64,000 nt of DNA from Octopus sinensis (Eukaryota), in assembly GCF_006345805.1 (NCBI RefSeq), contig NC_043020.1, forward strand, positions 6,510,001 to 6,574,000, in the 5' to 3' direction. Below the pieces are notes generated by a model. It did not search any database. It worked only from the letters and a program-made list of their open reading frames with translations, and was not told the origin of the DNA. Positions 12,701 to 27,600 of the stretch are shown piece by piece (within the stretch, counting starts at the first letter, position 1; each line of letters opens with the position of its first letter). Position numbers and translations under genes: made by a program.

Positions 12701-15700
12701 GCTTCACAAGATTATATAATATGATATCCAAATAATTTTGGGATATTTTTTATAAAAAAAAAACTGAGAAATTCTTATTAAAATGTATTTGGAAATTATT
12801 ATATAAATACATATATATATAAAAATAAATACTTGTTTTACTTGTTTCAGTCATTTGATTGTAGCCATGCTGGAGCACTGCCTTTAGTCAAGCAAATCGA
12901 CCCCAGGACCTATTCTTTCTAAGCGCCTAGTACTTATTCTATCAGACTCTTTTGCTGAACCACTAAGTTACGGAGACATAAACACACCAGTATCGGTTGT
13001 CAAGCAATGCTAGGGGAACAAACACAAACACACACACATATATACATATATACAACAGGCTTCTTTCAGTTTCCGTCTACCAAATCCACTCACAAGGCTT
13101 TGGTCAGCCCGAAGCTATAGTAGAAGACACTTGCCCAAGGTGCCACACAGTGGGACTGAACCTGGAACCATGTAGTTGGTAGGCAAGCTACTTACCACAC
13201 AGCCACACACACACACATTCATATACATATATGTAGTAGAAATCTTGCTTCTGGGTTCAATCCCACTGCATGGCACCTTGGGCAAGTGTCTTCTACTATA
13301 GCCTCAGGCTGACCAAAGTCCTCTGAGTGGATTTGGTAGAAACTGATAGAAGCTCAACATATATAAACGTATGTGTTTGCTCCCTACCACCAGTTGACAA
13401 CTAGTGTTGGTTTGTTTACATCCCTCTAACTAAGCAGTTCAATAAATGAGACTGATAGGATAAGTATCAAGCTTTAAAAAAATAGGTAGTAGGGTCGATT
13501 CGATCGACTAAAATTCAAAGCAGTACTGGCTGCAGTCTAATGACAGAAAACAATTAAAAAGTAAAAGATATGTATGTGTGTGTGTGTGTGTGTATATATA
13601 AAGTTAATCCAAACAAGAAAGCACAAAAAAACACAACGCGAGGACGTGGAACAAATATAGTATTATTGGACACTCAGGAAAGAAGGAGGGTTAGCGGAGC
13701 TCTTCGTCGGAAACATAGGAGAAGGAAAGATCCAGAGAAGGGAAGACAGAGGAAAAAATATCGCCAACAGTACACACGTGGTCACATTTTGAATGTATAT
13801 ATATATAGGCGCAGGAGTGGCTGTGTAGTAAGTAGTTTGCTTACCAACCACTTGGCGAGTGCCTTCTATAACATCGGGCTGACCAAGGCTTTGTGAGTGG
13901 ATTTGGTAGATGGAAACTGAAACAACCCCATATATATATATATGTGTGTGTGTGTGTTTGTATGTCAGTGTTCGTCTCCCCACCATCGCTTGACGATCAA
14001 TACTGGTGTGCTTGTGTCCCTGTAACTTAGCAGTTTGGCAAAAAGAGACTGATAGAATAAGTACTAGGTGTACAATGAATGAATCCTGGGGTTGATTTGT
14101 TCGACTAAAAGCGGTGCTCCAGCATGGCCACAGTCAAATGACTGAAACAAGTAAAAGAATATACATACATATATATATATATACCCAAAACCGTTAGAAG
14201 TTTTGTCAGTGAACAGGTCGCGGTCTCAAAGCGACGAAAATATTTTAAAATTTAAATGTTGAAGTGAATCTAACGGTTTTGTGTGTTTCTTAAATGGCTT
14301 ACAAACACCTTCCACGCTGCAATTGTTTTCATTCCAGCACACGATCTCAGATCAAGTCACTTGCTATGCAAGTACATCTCCATTATATATATATACCCTT
14401 TTAGGTAAAAAAAAAAAAAAAAGAAAGAAAATATAAGGCATGTGACAATGTGGAAAAACAGTATGGGAAATGTCCAGTTATGCAGGTTCCATTAACCCAT
14501 ATAACAATAGGGGATTTGAATGGGTTAACGGAACCTGCAGAACTGGACATTTCCCAGACTGATTTCCTTCTGAAGATAGGTTTTTGCACCAGAAATATAA
14601 AGGTTTTGTAAAACTTTCCACATTGTCAGAAGCTTTCTGTTTTCTCTCTGTTTTTTCTTTTTTTACCATCTTCGATGTTACAATGCTTCAAGTGAACTTC
14701 AATGTTACAACGCTCTTGTATGTCCCTTTATTTTTGTTTGTTTCAGTTATTAGACTGAAATATTTATTTTATTTATTTACTTTATTTTTACCATCTGGTA
14801 TTCAGGAGAATAACCTGACAATTGTGAGAGACCTGTTCCCGTTTACCAAATTCTTCAGCAATGCCCCTCAGCCGTTATTCACCACAGAATCATTCCAGAA
14901 AGATCTGGACATTGCTAAAGGTTGTTTCAGACATATCAAGAAGATCTTCACACAGTTGGAGGTAAATAAACCTTATTTCTTTATTTCAATATTTTTTGTT
15001 TAGATGAAGGCTGTGAGCTGGCAGAACCATTAACACATCAGACAAAATGCTTAGCGGTATTTTGTCTGTCACTACGTTCTGAGTTCAAATTCTGCCGAGG
15101 TCGACTTTGCCTTTCATCCTTTCGGGGTTGATAAATTAAGTACCAGTTACGCACTGGCATCGATGTAATTGACTTAATCCCTTTGTCTGTCCTTGTTTGT
15201 CCCCTCTATGCAGAGACAGTATGTTTCAACAGAAATATGGTAACAAAAGGGTTAAAGTGATCTAAATGAAAATCTTCAAAATTTCCTTTTAATTTCTGTT
15301 CCAAACACCAGGTTAATTATGACAAAAGGGATTATCCTAAATTCTTCATTAATTTTCAAAATTAATTGAAACAAAAGCTCTGGATTTCAACAGAGATGTA
15401 ACGGGGAAAGGTAGGGCTGTGGGTGAGTGTGGTGGTGGCATTGGTAACACCAAATGTTGTTGGTGGTGGTGGTCGTTGCCGTCAGTGTCGTCGTCTTCTT
15501 CTTCTTCTTCTACTTCTTAACCTTCTTCTTCTTCACCTTCTTCTTCTCCTTCTTCTACTTCTAATTCTTCTTCTTCTTCACCTTCTTCTTCTCCTTCTTC
15601 TACTTCTAATTCTTCTTCTTCTTCACCTTCTTCTTCTTCTCCTTCTTCTACTTCTAATTCTTCTTCTTCACCTTCTTCTTTTTCTCCTTCTACTTCTAAT

Positions 15701-17409
15701 TCTTCTTCTTCACCTTCTTCTTTTTCTCCTTCTACTTCTAATTCTTCTTCTTCTTCACCTTCTTCTTCTTCTCCTTCACCTTCTTCTTCTTCTCCTTCTT
15801 CTACTTCTAATTCTTCTTCTTCTACTTCTGCTTCTTCTTCTTCTTCACCTTCTTCTTCTTCTTCTTCACCTTCTTCTTCTCCTTCTTCTACTTCTAATTC
15901 TTCTTCTTCTACTTCTTCACTTTCTTCTTTTCCTTCTTCTTCTGTTGAGAATGTCTGATGCTAATAGGTTCACAAGATGGTGTTGAGGGAATTGTTACGA
16001 TGAATGTAAGGGAAGTGAGGATGTGGTTGGGTTGACCAGATATATTGGCCACAGATGCAGAAGGTCAGCCAAGTAACACTGTTTCTCTCTTTCTTTATCT
16101 CCTTTCTCTCTCTCTTATGACAACCTCCAGGAATTCCGTGCGTTTGAGTTGTTACGCAGCGGCGCCGACCGTGCAGACTACTTGTTGATAAAAGAAGCCA
16201 AAATCATTGCAATGACCTGCACTCATGCAGCATTGAAACGCAGGGACCTCGTTCAAGTTGGATTTAAGGTAAAGTGCACATCAAGAAACATTGTTTTCCT
16301 CCTTCTGTCCTGTTGTTGTTGCTGTTGCTGTGTTTAGGCCAATAGCAGCATTTGCAGTGTTTTGTCTTCAGTATTATATCAATCCTGTCCTGGCTAGAAA
16401 ACCTTCTTTACAGAGGAATTGGCTGCTATTTTTAGCAAATCGAGCGCCCCCACCTCGGTTCTTTCTCTGCTACTATTGTTTTAGACCCTGGTCATATCCA
16501 TATCAGAGATGTTCCAACTAAGACCATTTTTTCCTAAAATTGACAGACAGGCTGGATTGAAGGGAAGTTTGGCTGCTGTTTCTAGCAGGTTAAATGACAA
16601 TTATAAAGGCTCTGTAATTAGTTTGTCTTTTACTGATTTTTATAATGTAGTGAGGGACCATGCTGAGGGCTCCTTTATTATTATTATTGGGTTGTCCGGA
16701 AAGTTCATGCCAATTTATAGTAGCTTACCTTATTTTAGAACATGGTTGAGTCCAAAAAATAGGATCTGACTACACGATGTATATATTATATTGTATGTTA
16801 TGGTGTATATATTGAAGGTATATAGTGGCAGTGTATATTTAATATTGGGTTGTCCAGAAAGTTTGAGCCGATTTATCATAGCTTACGTTTCGACTTATTT
16901 TAGAGCATGGTTGAGTCCATAAAATAGGATTTTACTACATCTCCATTTAGAGCACAGTTTAAGCTATCTTTTCATGGAAGAAGGTTTATGTTCCAATAAC
17001 CTGTGTTAATTCTGTAACCCTTTTAATGGAAGATAAAGTTCCTTTTCGGCACTTGATGCTTTGGGAACCAGACAAAAATTGCCGCAGCTCGGCTGGGATG
17101 TGTTACCCCCACCCTCCATATTCACCAGATATTGCTCCTTCGGATTTCCACATATTCAGGTCCCTGCAGAATAGTCTTAATGGTAAAAATTTCAATTTCC
17201 TTGGATGACGTAAAAAGATACCTTGATGAATTCTTTGCCATGAAACCACCACAATTCTGGGAAGAGGGTATTTTCAAGTTAAAGGAAAAATGGAGACGCA
17301 TTTGGGAAACAAAATGGTTCATATTTGGTTGATTAATTTATTGACCTTTTTCTTTCCTTTAAAAATCGGCATGAACTTTCCGGACAACCCAATATTATTA
17401 TTATTATTA

Positions 17410-17449
<40 letters not shown>

Positions 17450-18056
17450 GGTGGCAAGCTAGCAGAATCGTTAGCATGCCGAGCGAAATACTTAGCAGTA
17501 TTTCATCTGTCGCTACGTTCTGAGTTCAAATTTCGTCTAGGTCAACTTTGCCTTTCATCCCTTTGGGGCTCGATGAAATAAGTACCAGTTATGTACTGGG
17601 ATCGATGTAATTGACTAACCCCCTCCCCTCAAATTTCAGGCCTTATGATTACAGTAGAAAGGGGTCATTATTATTATCGTTATTATTAAGGCAGAGAGCT
17701 GGCAGAATCGTTAGCATGCCAGGCAAAATTCTTAGCAGCGTGTCATCCTTCACCATGCTCTGAGTTCAAATTTCACCAAAGTCGGCTTTGCCGTTCATCC
17801 TCTCAGGGTCAATAAATCAAATACCAGTTGAGTACTGGGGTCAATGTAATTGACTCTCCCACCCACCCCAATTTCAGGCCTTGTGCCTGTACTAGAAAGA
17901 ATTGTTGTAGTTGTTGTTATGAAATTGTTATTTATTTTTATTTCAGTTTGACAATATCTTAATGGAGGAAGCAGCACAAATTCTTGAAATTGAAACATTT
18001 ATACCATTGTTGCTTCAGGTAATTACAGTGTGTGTCTGTATGTGCATGTGTGTGTG

Positions 18057-18093
<37 letters not shown>

Positions 18094-19664
18094 CAAGATA
18101 GTGTGGATAAGGGTGTGTATGGAGTGAGAGAAAGTGCAAGAGATTTGACTGCTATTTCTAGCAGTTTGAGTGACTCTGTAAAGGCTTTTTATTCTGTTAT
18201 TGTTTGCTTTAAATTAGACCTAATGAATAAAGGTGTTCCAGATGTGACCCTTCCATTTGTTATTTGGACATAGTGCATCTAAGACTACATTAATGTGTTT
18301 TTTTTCTGTTTAAAGACAGAAGATTATGATTTACAGAAGAATTGGCTGCTATTTTTAGCAAATCGAGCGCCCCCAACGCGGTTCTTTCTCTGCTAGTATT
18401 GTTTTAGACCCTGGTCATATCTATATCAGACGTTCCAACTAAGACCATTTTTTCTATTATTAAGACAACTCTAAAGCAAGACACCTCTGCCTGTCTCTCT
18501 ATCACACTTCAGCCTCTCAACACCCAGCACAAAGCCACTGACCTCTCTGCTCCCCCCACCATCAGTTGAGGGTCTTTCTTTGTCTTTCCAGCTACTCCCA
18601 TCTACCCTTATAGTATGCATCTCCTCTTACAGCAAGACACCCATTCCTGTCCTTCTATTATACATCAGCCTCTCAACACCCAACATAAAACCTCCTGCTT
18701 ATTTGTAGAATAATATTGTAGGGCAAGTGTGAGAGGCTGGATCTGGCTAGTTTGAAAATAAAACAGGTAGGTGGTGAACTGGCAGAATTGTTAGCATGCT
18801 GGGCAAAATGCTTAACAGTGTTTCATCAGTCTTCACATTCTGAGTTCAAATTCCACTGAGGTCAACTTTACCTTTTCAAACGGCGGTGCATCAGCATGGC
18901 CACAGCTATGAGCTGAAACTACAGAAAAAAAAAAAATGATTATTTTGGCCGGATATGGCCAGTTTATATTGCTAAAGGGTTAATGAAAATGTAAAGACAG
19001 CTCCATCATTGGTTTGGTTCTGGGACATGCTTTCGGGTTGAGGTGTTTAACAATTCCTAACTGGTTCTTCACCAAACTAATCCCTGACTGTCACTGTTTC
19101 TCCACAAATTCTTTCAGAATCCCGAAGATGGTCTGAATCGATTGAAACGCTGGATCATGATTGGTGACCATCATCAGTTGCCACCGGTCATCAAAAACAT
19201 GGCGTTCCAGAAATATTCCAACATGGAACAGTCACTCTTCACCCGACTGGTACGTCTTGGAGTTCCAACAGTTGACCTCGACGCCCAAGGCAGAGCACGT
19301 GCAAGGTATAGTAAACCAGTTATTGTTGGTGTTGTTTGGGCCATCTCTGAGCTGATTTATGATCAAAGACATTCCAGATGTGACTATCTATTTGGTCTTT
19401 TTTTATTTTTTTGCTTTTTTCCAGAAATATTGGTATGTGGTAAGAAGTTTTCTTCCCACCCACATGGTTCTGGGTTCAGTTCCACTGTGTGGCACATTTG
19501 GCCAGTGTTTCTTTTCATGGCCCTGGTCTGGAGTGGATTTGATTGAACTAGAAAAAACCCTTGTTTTGTGTTTGTGTGTGTATCACACATCACGTGACTG
19601 ACCAGGCTATCAGATGTTGTTACACATCACTGATCACAATGCACTTTTGCATTGTTTTAGCCTT

Positions 19665-19702
<38 letters not shown>

Positions 19703-22700
19703 CATATATACGACGGGCTTCTTTCAGTTTCCGTCTACCAAATCCACTCACAAGGATTTGGTCGGCCCGAGGCTATAGTAGAAGACACTTGCCGAAGGTG
19801 CCACGCAGTGGGACTGAACCCGGAACCATGTGGTTGGTAAGCAAACCTCTACCATTTCCCAATTATTTGTTTTGTTCTTTTGCAGGAACCATCACTACTA
19901 GTTTCCTTGGATTCTTGTTTAAAATTTACCTGTCTTTTGTTTTGACAGCTTGAGTAACCTGTATAACTGGAGGTACCGCAAACTTGGCAATCTACCCCAT
20001 GTTTTGGTTTCACCCGAGTTCCAAATGGCCAACGCAGGGTTTGTCTATGACTACCAGCTTGTCGATGTGCAAGACTTCAACGGTGTCGGCGAATCAGAGC
20101 CGAACCCATTTTTCTATCAGGTGAGAGTAGATGTTTCAGGTGATCATCAGCGTCGTTATCATCACCACCACCACCACCACCACCACCATTATCATCATCA
20201 TCACCACCACCATCATCACCACCACCACCATCATCACCACCACCATCACTACCACCACCACCATCATCACCACCACCATCACTACCACCACCACCACTAT
20301 CATCATCATCATCACCACCACACCACCACCACCACCATTATCATCATCATCACCACCACCATCATCACCACCACCATCATCACCACCACCATCACTACCA
20401 CCACCACCACCACCATCATCACCACCACCATCACTACCACCACCACCACTATCATCATCATCATCACCACCACCACTATCATCAGCATCATCATCATCAT
20501 CACTGCCACCATCATCATCATCATCGTTATCACCATCTTCAGTCATCATTGTCACCATCATCATCATTGTCATCATCACCACCATCATCTCAATCACCAC
20601 CACCAGCACCATCATCAGCATCATTATTGCCACCGTCATCATTATCACCATCATCATCATCATCACCATCACCCCCGCCACCATTATCACCACCACCATC
20701 ATCATCATCATCTCAATCACCACCACTGCCACCACCATCATCAGCGTCATTATTGCCACTGTCATCATTATCACCATCATCATCATCATCAGTGTCATCA
20801 CCATCACCACCACCATCATTATCATCATCATCATCTCAATCGTCACTACTACCATTGTCGTCGTCATTTTACATCAGTTTTTTCCATGCTGGTATGGGTT
20901 GGTCAGGTTTTCTGAGCCATTGCCCTTGGTCAGATATTCTTCCTGGCATGCCCCAACTCTTCCAGGAATTTTGTGGGTGTACCTTTCCCCAAATACACTC
21001 CATAAATTATTCAAATGAGCATAATGATAAAACCAAATCAGAGGAGAAATTCTGTTTCGTACTTGACAGGAATTTGGATATATTTAGATTTACATGGAGT
21101 GCTAGGCATTGGTTAACCATTATGTTACCATCATCATTATTATCTTGTTCACAATTTCTATTCTTCAAAACACACACACACACGGTACTCTGTTCCTTTA
21201 TTGGTGGAATCAACAGAAAATGTATTCCATCCAGTGAGAAGTAAATATCATTTTATGTGCACAGGATTTAAATTTGAGCTCCTGTTAGTTTCATGCTATG
21301 GAAACACGATTGTCGGACAAGCTTGAATAGCACGTTGTGTGATTTCACAGCATGAAACTAATATTAGCTCAAATATGTGCATATTAAATGATATATATGG
21401 ATATATGTATGTATGCGTATACATAAAAAAAAATATATATATATATATATACACTAGCCGGGTCATAGTGCTAGTGCATGCATATACAGCTGTGTGCGTG
21501 CGCACATACACGCGAGTACTGTCCAAATCTCCGACCAATCACATACAGCTAGCTGGCATTCAATTGGCGTATCAAGTTTCGGGCATTTTGATTGGGTTTT
21601 GGATAGAAAATTCACAAAAAAGTCACTTCTATTGATTTTTTTTAATGGCTTTGCGGGGTGACTGGGGAAATGTAAAGATGTGCATGACCACCCTTGGACG
21701 GTTTTGAATGACCATAGAAAGTGCGAGGCCTCTAACTGAAAAATTGTGGATTTGTATAAAGGACACACACACACACAGGCATTTTGCCGTTTATATATAT
21801 AGAAGATACGCATATACACACACACTCATACATACATACATACATTATATCATTATATATATATGGCTCAGTGGTTAGAGGGTGAAGCTCACAATCATGA
21901 GGTTGTGAGTTCGATTCCCGGACCGGGCTGTGTTGTGTTCTTGAGCAAGACACTTTATTTCACGTTGCTGCAGTTCTCTCAACTGTAGAAATGAGTTGCG
22001 ACGTCACTGGTGCCAAGCTGTATCGGCCCCTTTGCCTTTCCCTTGGCCAACATCGGTGGCATGGAAAGGGGAGGGTGGTGTGCATGGGTGACTGCTGGTC
22101 CTCCATAAACAACCTTGCCTGGACTTGTGCCTCAGAGGGGAACATTCAAGGTGCAACACCATGGTGATTCATGACTGAAGGGGGTGAATCCTTACCTTTA
22201 CCTATGCATGGATGTATGCAGATGCATAAATTATTCATTTGCATAAATGCTCATTTGCAGCAGGTGTATAAATATACAGGTGTCTAAAATGTATAGAAAA
22301 TGCACAATTTTAGAAGTAGACATTTTATTTTTATTTTTATTTTTTGCTTTTTTTATTTACATTTAATCCTTTCTTTCTCTGTCTTGTCATCACAGAACCT
22401 GGCAGAGGCCGAGTATACCGTGGCTGTGTTTATGTATATGAGGTTACTAGGTTACCCAGCTGAGAAGATCTCCATACTGACCACATATAACGGTCAGAAA
22501 CACTTGATCCGCGACGTCATAGCCCAGAGATGTGGCAACAATCCTTTCATTGGACGACCCCACAAGGTAATCACACGTTTTTGTTTTATTGACCCTGGAG
22601 ATATATAGCTGCTGGGTGTGGATGTAGTGGGGATATGTTAAGGGATAAAAGGGTGTTGGGGTGGAGAGAACATTATGAGGTGAGTGGAAGATTATCTAAT

Positions 22701-24579
22701 TGTGTCACAGGTAAAAGGATGGCTACTGGGTGTGTCCTGGGCAGAGTGGAAGTTAGGTGCGTACGTCATAGGTGGGAAGGTAATTGATTCTGTTTCAACA
22801 GTTGGCAGGTGTAACTATATATATATATATATATAGATGCAATGTTAAAACCTATTTCTTTACTACCCACAGGGGGCTAAACACAGAAGGGTCAAACAAA
22901 GACAAACACACAGATTAAGTCAATTATATCGACCCCAGTGCATAACTGGTACTTATTTAATCGACCCCGAAAGGATGAAAGGCAAAGTTGACCTCGTGTG
23001 TGTGTGTGTGTTGCATAATAGGATGGCAGAAACGTTAGCACGCCGGGCGAAATGCTTAGCAGTGTTTCATCTGCCGCTATGTTCTGAGTTCAAATTCCGC
23101 CGAAGTCGACTTTGCCTTTCATTCTTTCGGGGTTGATAAATTAAGTACCAGTTACGCACTGGGGTCGATATAATCGACTTAATCCATTTGTCTGTCCTTG
23201 TTTGTCCTCTCCATGTTTAGCCCCTTGTGGGTAGTAAAGAAATAGGCATTTCGTCTGCGGTTACGTTCTGAGTTCAAATTCCACCGAGGTCGACTTTGCC
23301 TTTCATTCTTTCGGGGTCGATAAATTAAGTACCAGTTATGCACTGGGGTTGATATAATCGACTTAATCCGTTTGTCTGTCCTTGTTTGTCCTCTCTGTGT
23401 TTAGCCCCTTGTGGGTAGCAAAGAAATAGGTAATTTTGGAAGAGTGGAGAGGCAAAAGAAAGAAAGAGATATATGTACAGTGATGGAGATGGATGTCAGA
23501 GATATGTAAGGATGTATGTAGTGAGGAGGAGACCCTGAATGGCAGAAATGAGGGAGTGATGAGGATGACAGCACATTGGAGAGAAAGGGAGAGAAAGACG
23601 TGTCTGTCTACTTTTATATTCTGTGCGTGTGGATGTGGGAATAATTTATCTGGAATATATTTCATTTTTCTGATTGTTGTTGTTTAGGTGACCACAGTTG
23701 ACCGTTACCAGGGTCAACAAAACGACTACATCTTGTTATCTCTTGTCAGAACAAAAGCAGTAGGACATCTGCGGTGAGTTTTGATTCTTTTTCTTCACAT
23801 GTTTCTTACCAACACCAACACCATCACCATCATTATCATCGTTTAACGTCCGTTTTCCTCGCTAGCACGGGTTGGACGGTTCAACCAGGGTCTGGGAAGC
23901 CAGGGGCTGCACCAGGCTCCAGTCTAATCTGGCAGTGTTTCTACTGCTGGATGCCCTTCCTAACGCCAACCACTCCGCGAGTGTAGCGGGTGCTTTTTAC
24001 GTGCCACCGGCACAGGTGCCAGGGGAGTCTGGCATCGGCCACGATCGGTTGGCGCTTTTAACGTGCCACTGGCACGGATCATCATTGTTTAAATTATTGT
24101 GTGTGTGTGTGTATACAGGGTGATTCAAAAGTCGCTATACATAAGAACAATTTGTTTTTTTTTTAATTGTTTCTTATAAAAAAATTAATTTTTCCTATGT
24201 ATGGTGACTTTTGAATCACCCTGTGTATATATGGCCACAGCTCATAAGCTGAAACTAGAATCAATCAATCAATCAATCATATATATATATATACGTCAGG
24301 CCATAATCATAATTGATTCCTAGACCAAACTGTGTGTTGTGTTCTTGAGCAAGACGCTTTATTTCACCTTGCTCCAGCTAACTCAGCTGTAGAAATGTGT
24401 TGGGACATCACTGGTGCCAAGCTGGATCAGCCCCTTTGCCTTTCCTTTGGCCAACATCGGTGGCAGGGAGAGGAGAGGCTGGTATGTATGGGTGACTGCT
24501 GGTCTTCCATAAACAACTTGCCTCAGAAGGTAACTTTCTAGGTGCAATCCCATCGTCATTCATACATTATACCTGTATC

Positions 24580-24618
<39 letters not shown>

Positions 24619-27600
24619 TATTTATTATAATATATATATTACAAAATAAGAAAATGGAGGAATAGATTCCTTTCAATCATCAACTTCCAGATAATACCAA
24701 TTCATATAATTTATTAACTAATATTTAGAACATCCAGATCAAACAGAATAAGACGGAATAAAACAGTCTCACTTGTATATATATACACACACATACATAC
24801 ATACACATTAGGTTTCCGCATAGTTGCCATCTACAAAAGTTAGGATGGAATACACTTACTGAAAATGTTTAGTGAGATTGAACTCGGGACCAAGGGATTG
24901 CATAGCAAAGTTCTTAACAGCTTGGCTATGCTATTGTCCACGCACGCACAAACACCCACACACCTATACATCTACTCCATGTTGTTATCGTGTTGCTAAA
25001 TAGTATTTTCTTATAAAATCAAGTTGACTTTGAGGATCTCTTTATCACCACCACCACCATCATCTTCTTCATCACCACCACCACCATCTTCTTCATCACC
25101 ACCACCACCATCATCACAATCACCATCTTCTATCATCACCACCACCACCATCATCACAATCACCATCTTCTTTATCATCACCACCATCTTCTTTATCATC
25201 ACCACCACCACCATCATCACAATCACCATCTTCTTATCATCACCACCACCACATCATCACAATCACCATCTTCTTTATCATCAACCACCACCACCATCAT
25301 CACAATCACCATCTTCTTTATCATCACCACCACCACCATCATCACAATCACCATCTTCTTATCATCACCACCACCCATCATCACAATCACCATCTTCTTT
25401 ATCATCACCACCACCACCAATCATCACAATCACCATCTTCTTTATCATCAACCACCACCACCATCATCACAATCACCATCTTCTTTATCATCACCACCAC
25501 CACCATCAGAACAACACCATCTTCTTTATCAGCACCACCACCACCATCATCACAATCACCATCTTCTTTATCATCACCACCACCACCATCATCACAATCA
25601 CCATCTTCTTTATCATCACCACCACCACCATCATCACAATCACCATCTTCTTTATCATCACCACCACCACCATCATCACAATCACCATCTTCTTTATCAT
25701 CACCACCACCACATCATCAACATCACCATCTTCTTTATCATCACCACCACCACCATCATCACAATCACCATCTTCTTTATCATCACCACCACCACCATCA
25801 TCACAATCACCATCTTCTTTATCATCACCACCATCTTCTTTATCATCACCACCACCACCATCATCACAATCACCATCTTCTTTATCATCACCACCACCAT
25901 CACATCACAATCACCATCTTCTTTATCATCACCACCACCACCATCATCACCAATCACCATCTTCTTTATTCATCACCACCACCACCATCATCACAATCAC
26001 CATCTTCTTTATCAGCACCACCACCATCATCATCACAATCACCATCTTCTTTATCAGCACCACCACCAACCATCATCACAATCACCATCTTCTTGTCATC
26101 ACCCCACCCCACCCCACCATCATCACAATCACCATCTCTTTATCATCACCACCACCATCATCACCATCACAATCACCATCTTCTTTATCAGCACCAACAA
26201 CCCACCATCATACAACACCACCATCTTCTTTATCATCACCACCTCTTCTTTATCATCACCACCACCACCATCATCACAATCACCATCTTCTTTATCATCA
26301 CCACCACCATCATCATCACAATCACCATCTTCTTTATCATCACCACCACCACCATCATCACAATCACCATCTTCTTTATCATCACCACCACCACCATCAT
26401 CACAATCACCATCTTCTTTATCATCACCACCACCACCATCATCACAATCACCATCTTCTTTATCATCACCACCACCACCATCATCACAATCACCATCTTC
26501 TTTATCATCACCACCACCACCATCATCACAATCACCATCTTCTTTATCATCACCACCACCATCATCATCACAATCACCATCTTCTTTTCATCACCACCAC
26601 CACCACCATCATCACAATCACCATCTTCTTTATCATCACCACACCACCACCATCATCAATCACCATCTTCTTTATCATCACCACCACCACCATCATCACA
26701 ATCACCATCTTCTTTATCATCATCACACCACCACCATCATCATCACAATCACCATCTTCTTTATCATCACCACCACCACCATCATCACAATCACCATCTT
26801 CTTTATCATCACCACCACCATCATCATCACAATCACCATCTTCTTTATCATCACCACCACCACCATCATCACAATCACCATCTTCTTTATCATCACCACC
26901 ACCACCATCATCACAATCACCATCTTCTTTATCATCACCACCACCACCATCATCACAATCACCATCTTCTTTATCATCACCACACACCATCATCATCACA
27001 ATCACCATCTTCTTTATCATCACCACCACCACCATCATCACAATCACACATCACCATCTTCTTTATCATCACCACCACCACCATCATCACAATCACCATC
27101 TTCTTTATCATCACCACCACCACCATCATCACAATCACCATCTTTTTATCACACCACCACCACCATCATCACAATCACCATCTTCTTTATCATCACACCA
27201 CCACCACCATCATCACATCACCATCTTCTTTATCATCACCACCACCATCATCATCACAATCACCATCTTCTTTATCATCACCACCACCACCATCATCACA
27301 ATCACCATCTTCTTTATCATCACCACCATCTTCTTTATCATCACCACCACCACCATCATCACAATCACCATCTTCTTTATCATCACCACCACCATCATCA
27401 TCACAATCACCATCTTCTTTATCATCACCACCACCACCATCATCACAATCACCATCTTCTTTATCATCACCACCACCACCATCATCACAATCACCATCTT
27501 CTTTATCATCACCACCACCATCATCATCACAATCACCATCTTCTTTATCATCACCACCACCACCATCATCACAATCACCATCTTCTTTATCATCACCACC

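Noticed and set aside
24258-24280. (TCAA)n resembling Tra/Tra2 dsx repeat elements
   Set aside because: Simple tetranucleotide repeat 28 kb from the DM gene, in an AQR intron; no such repeats near the DM gene's 3' exons
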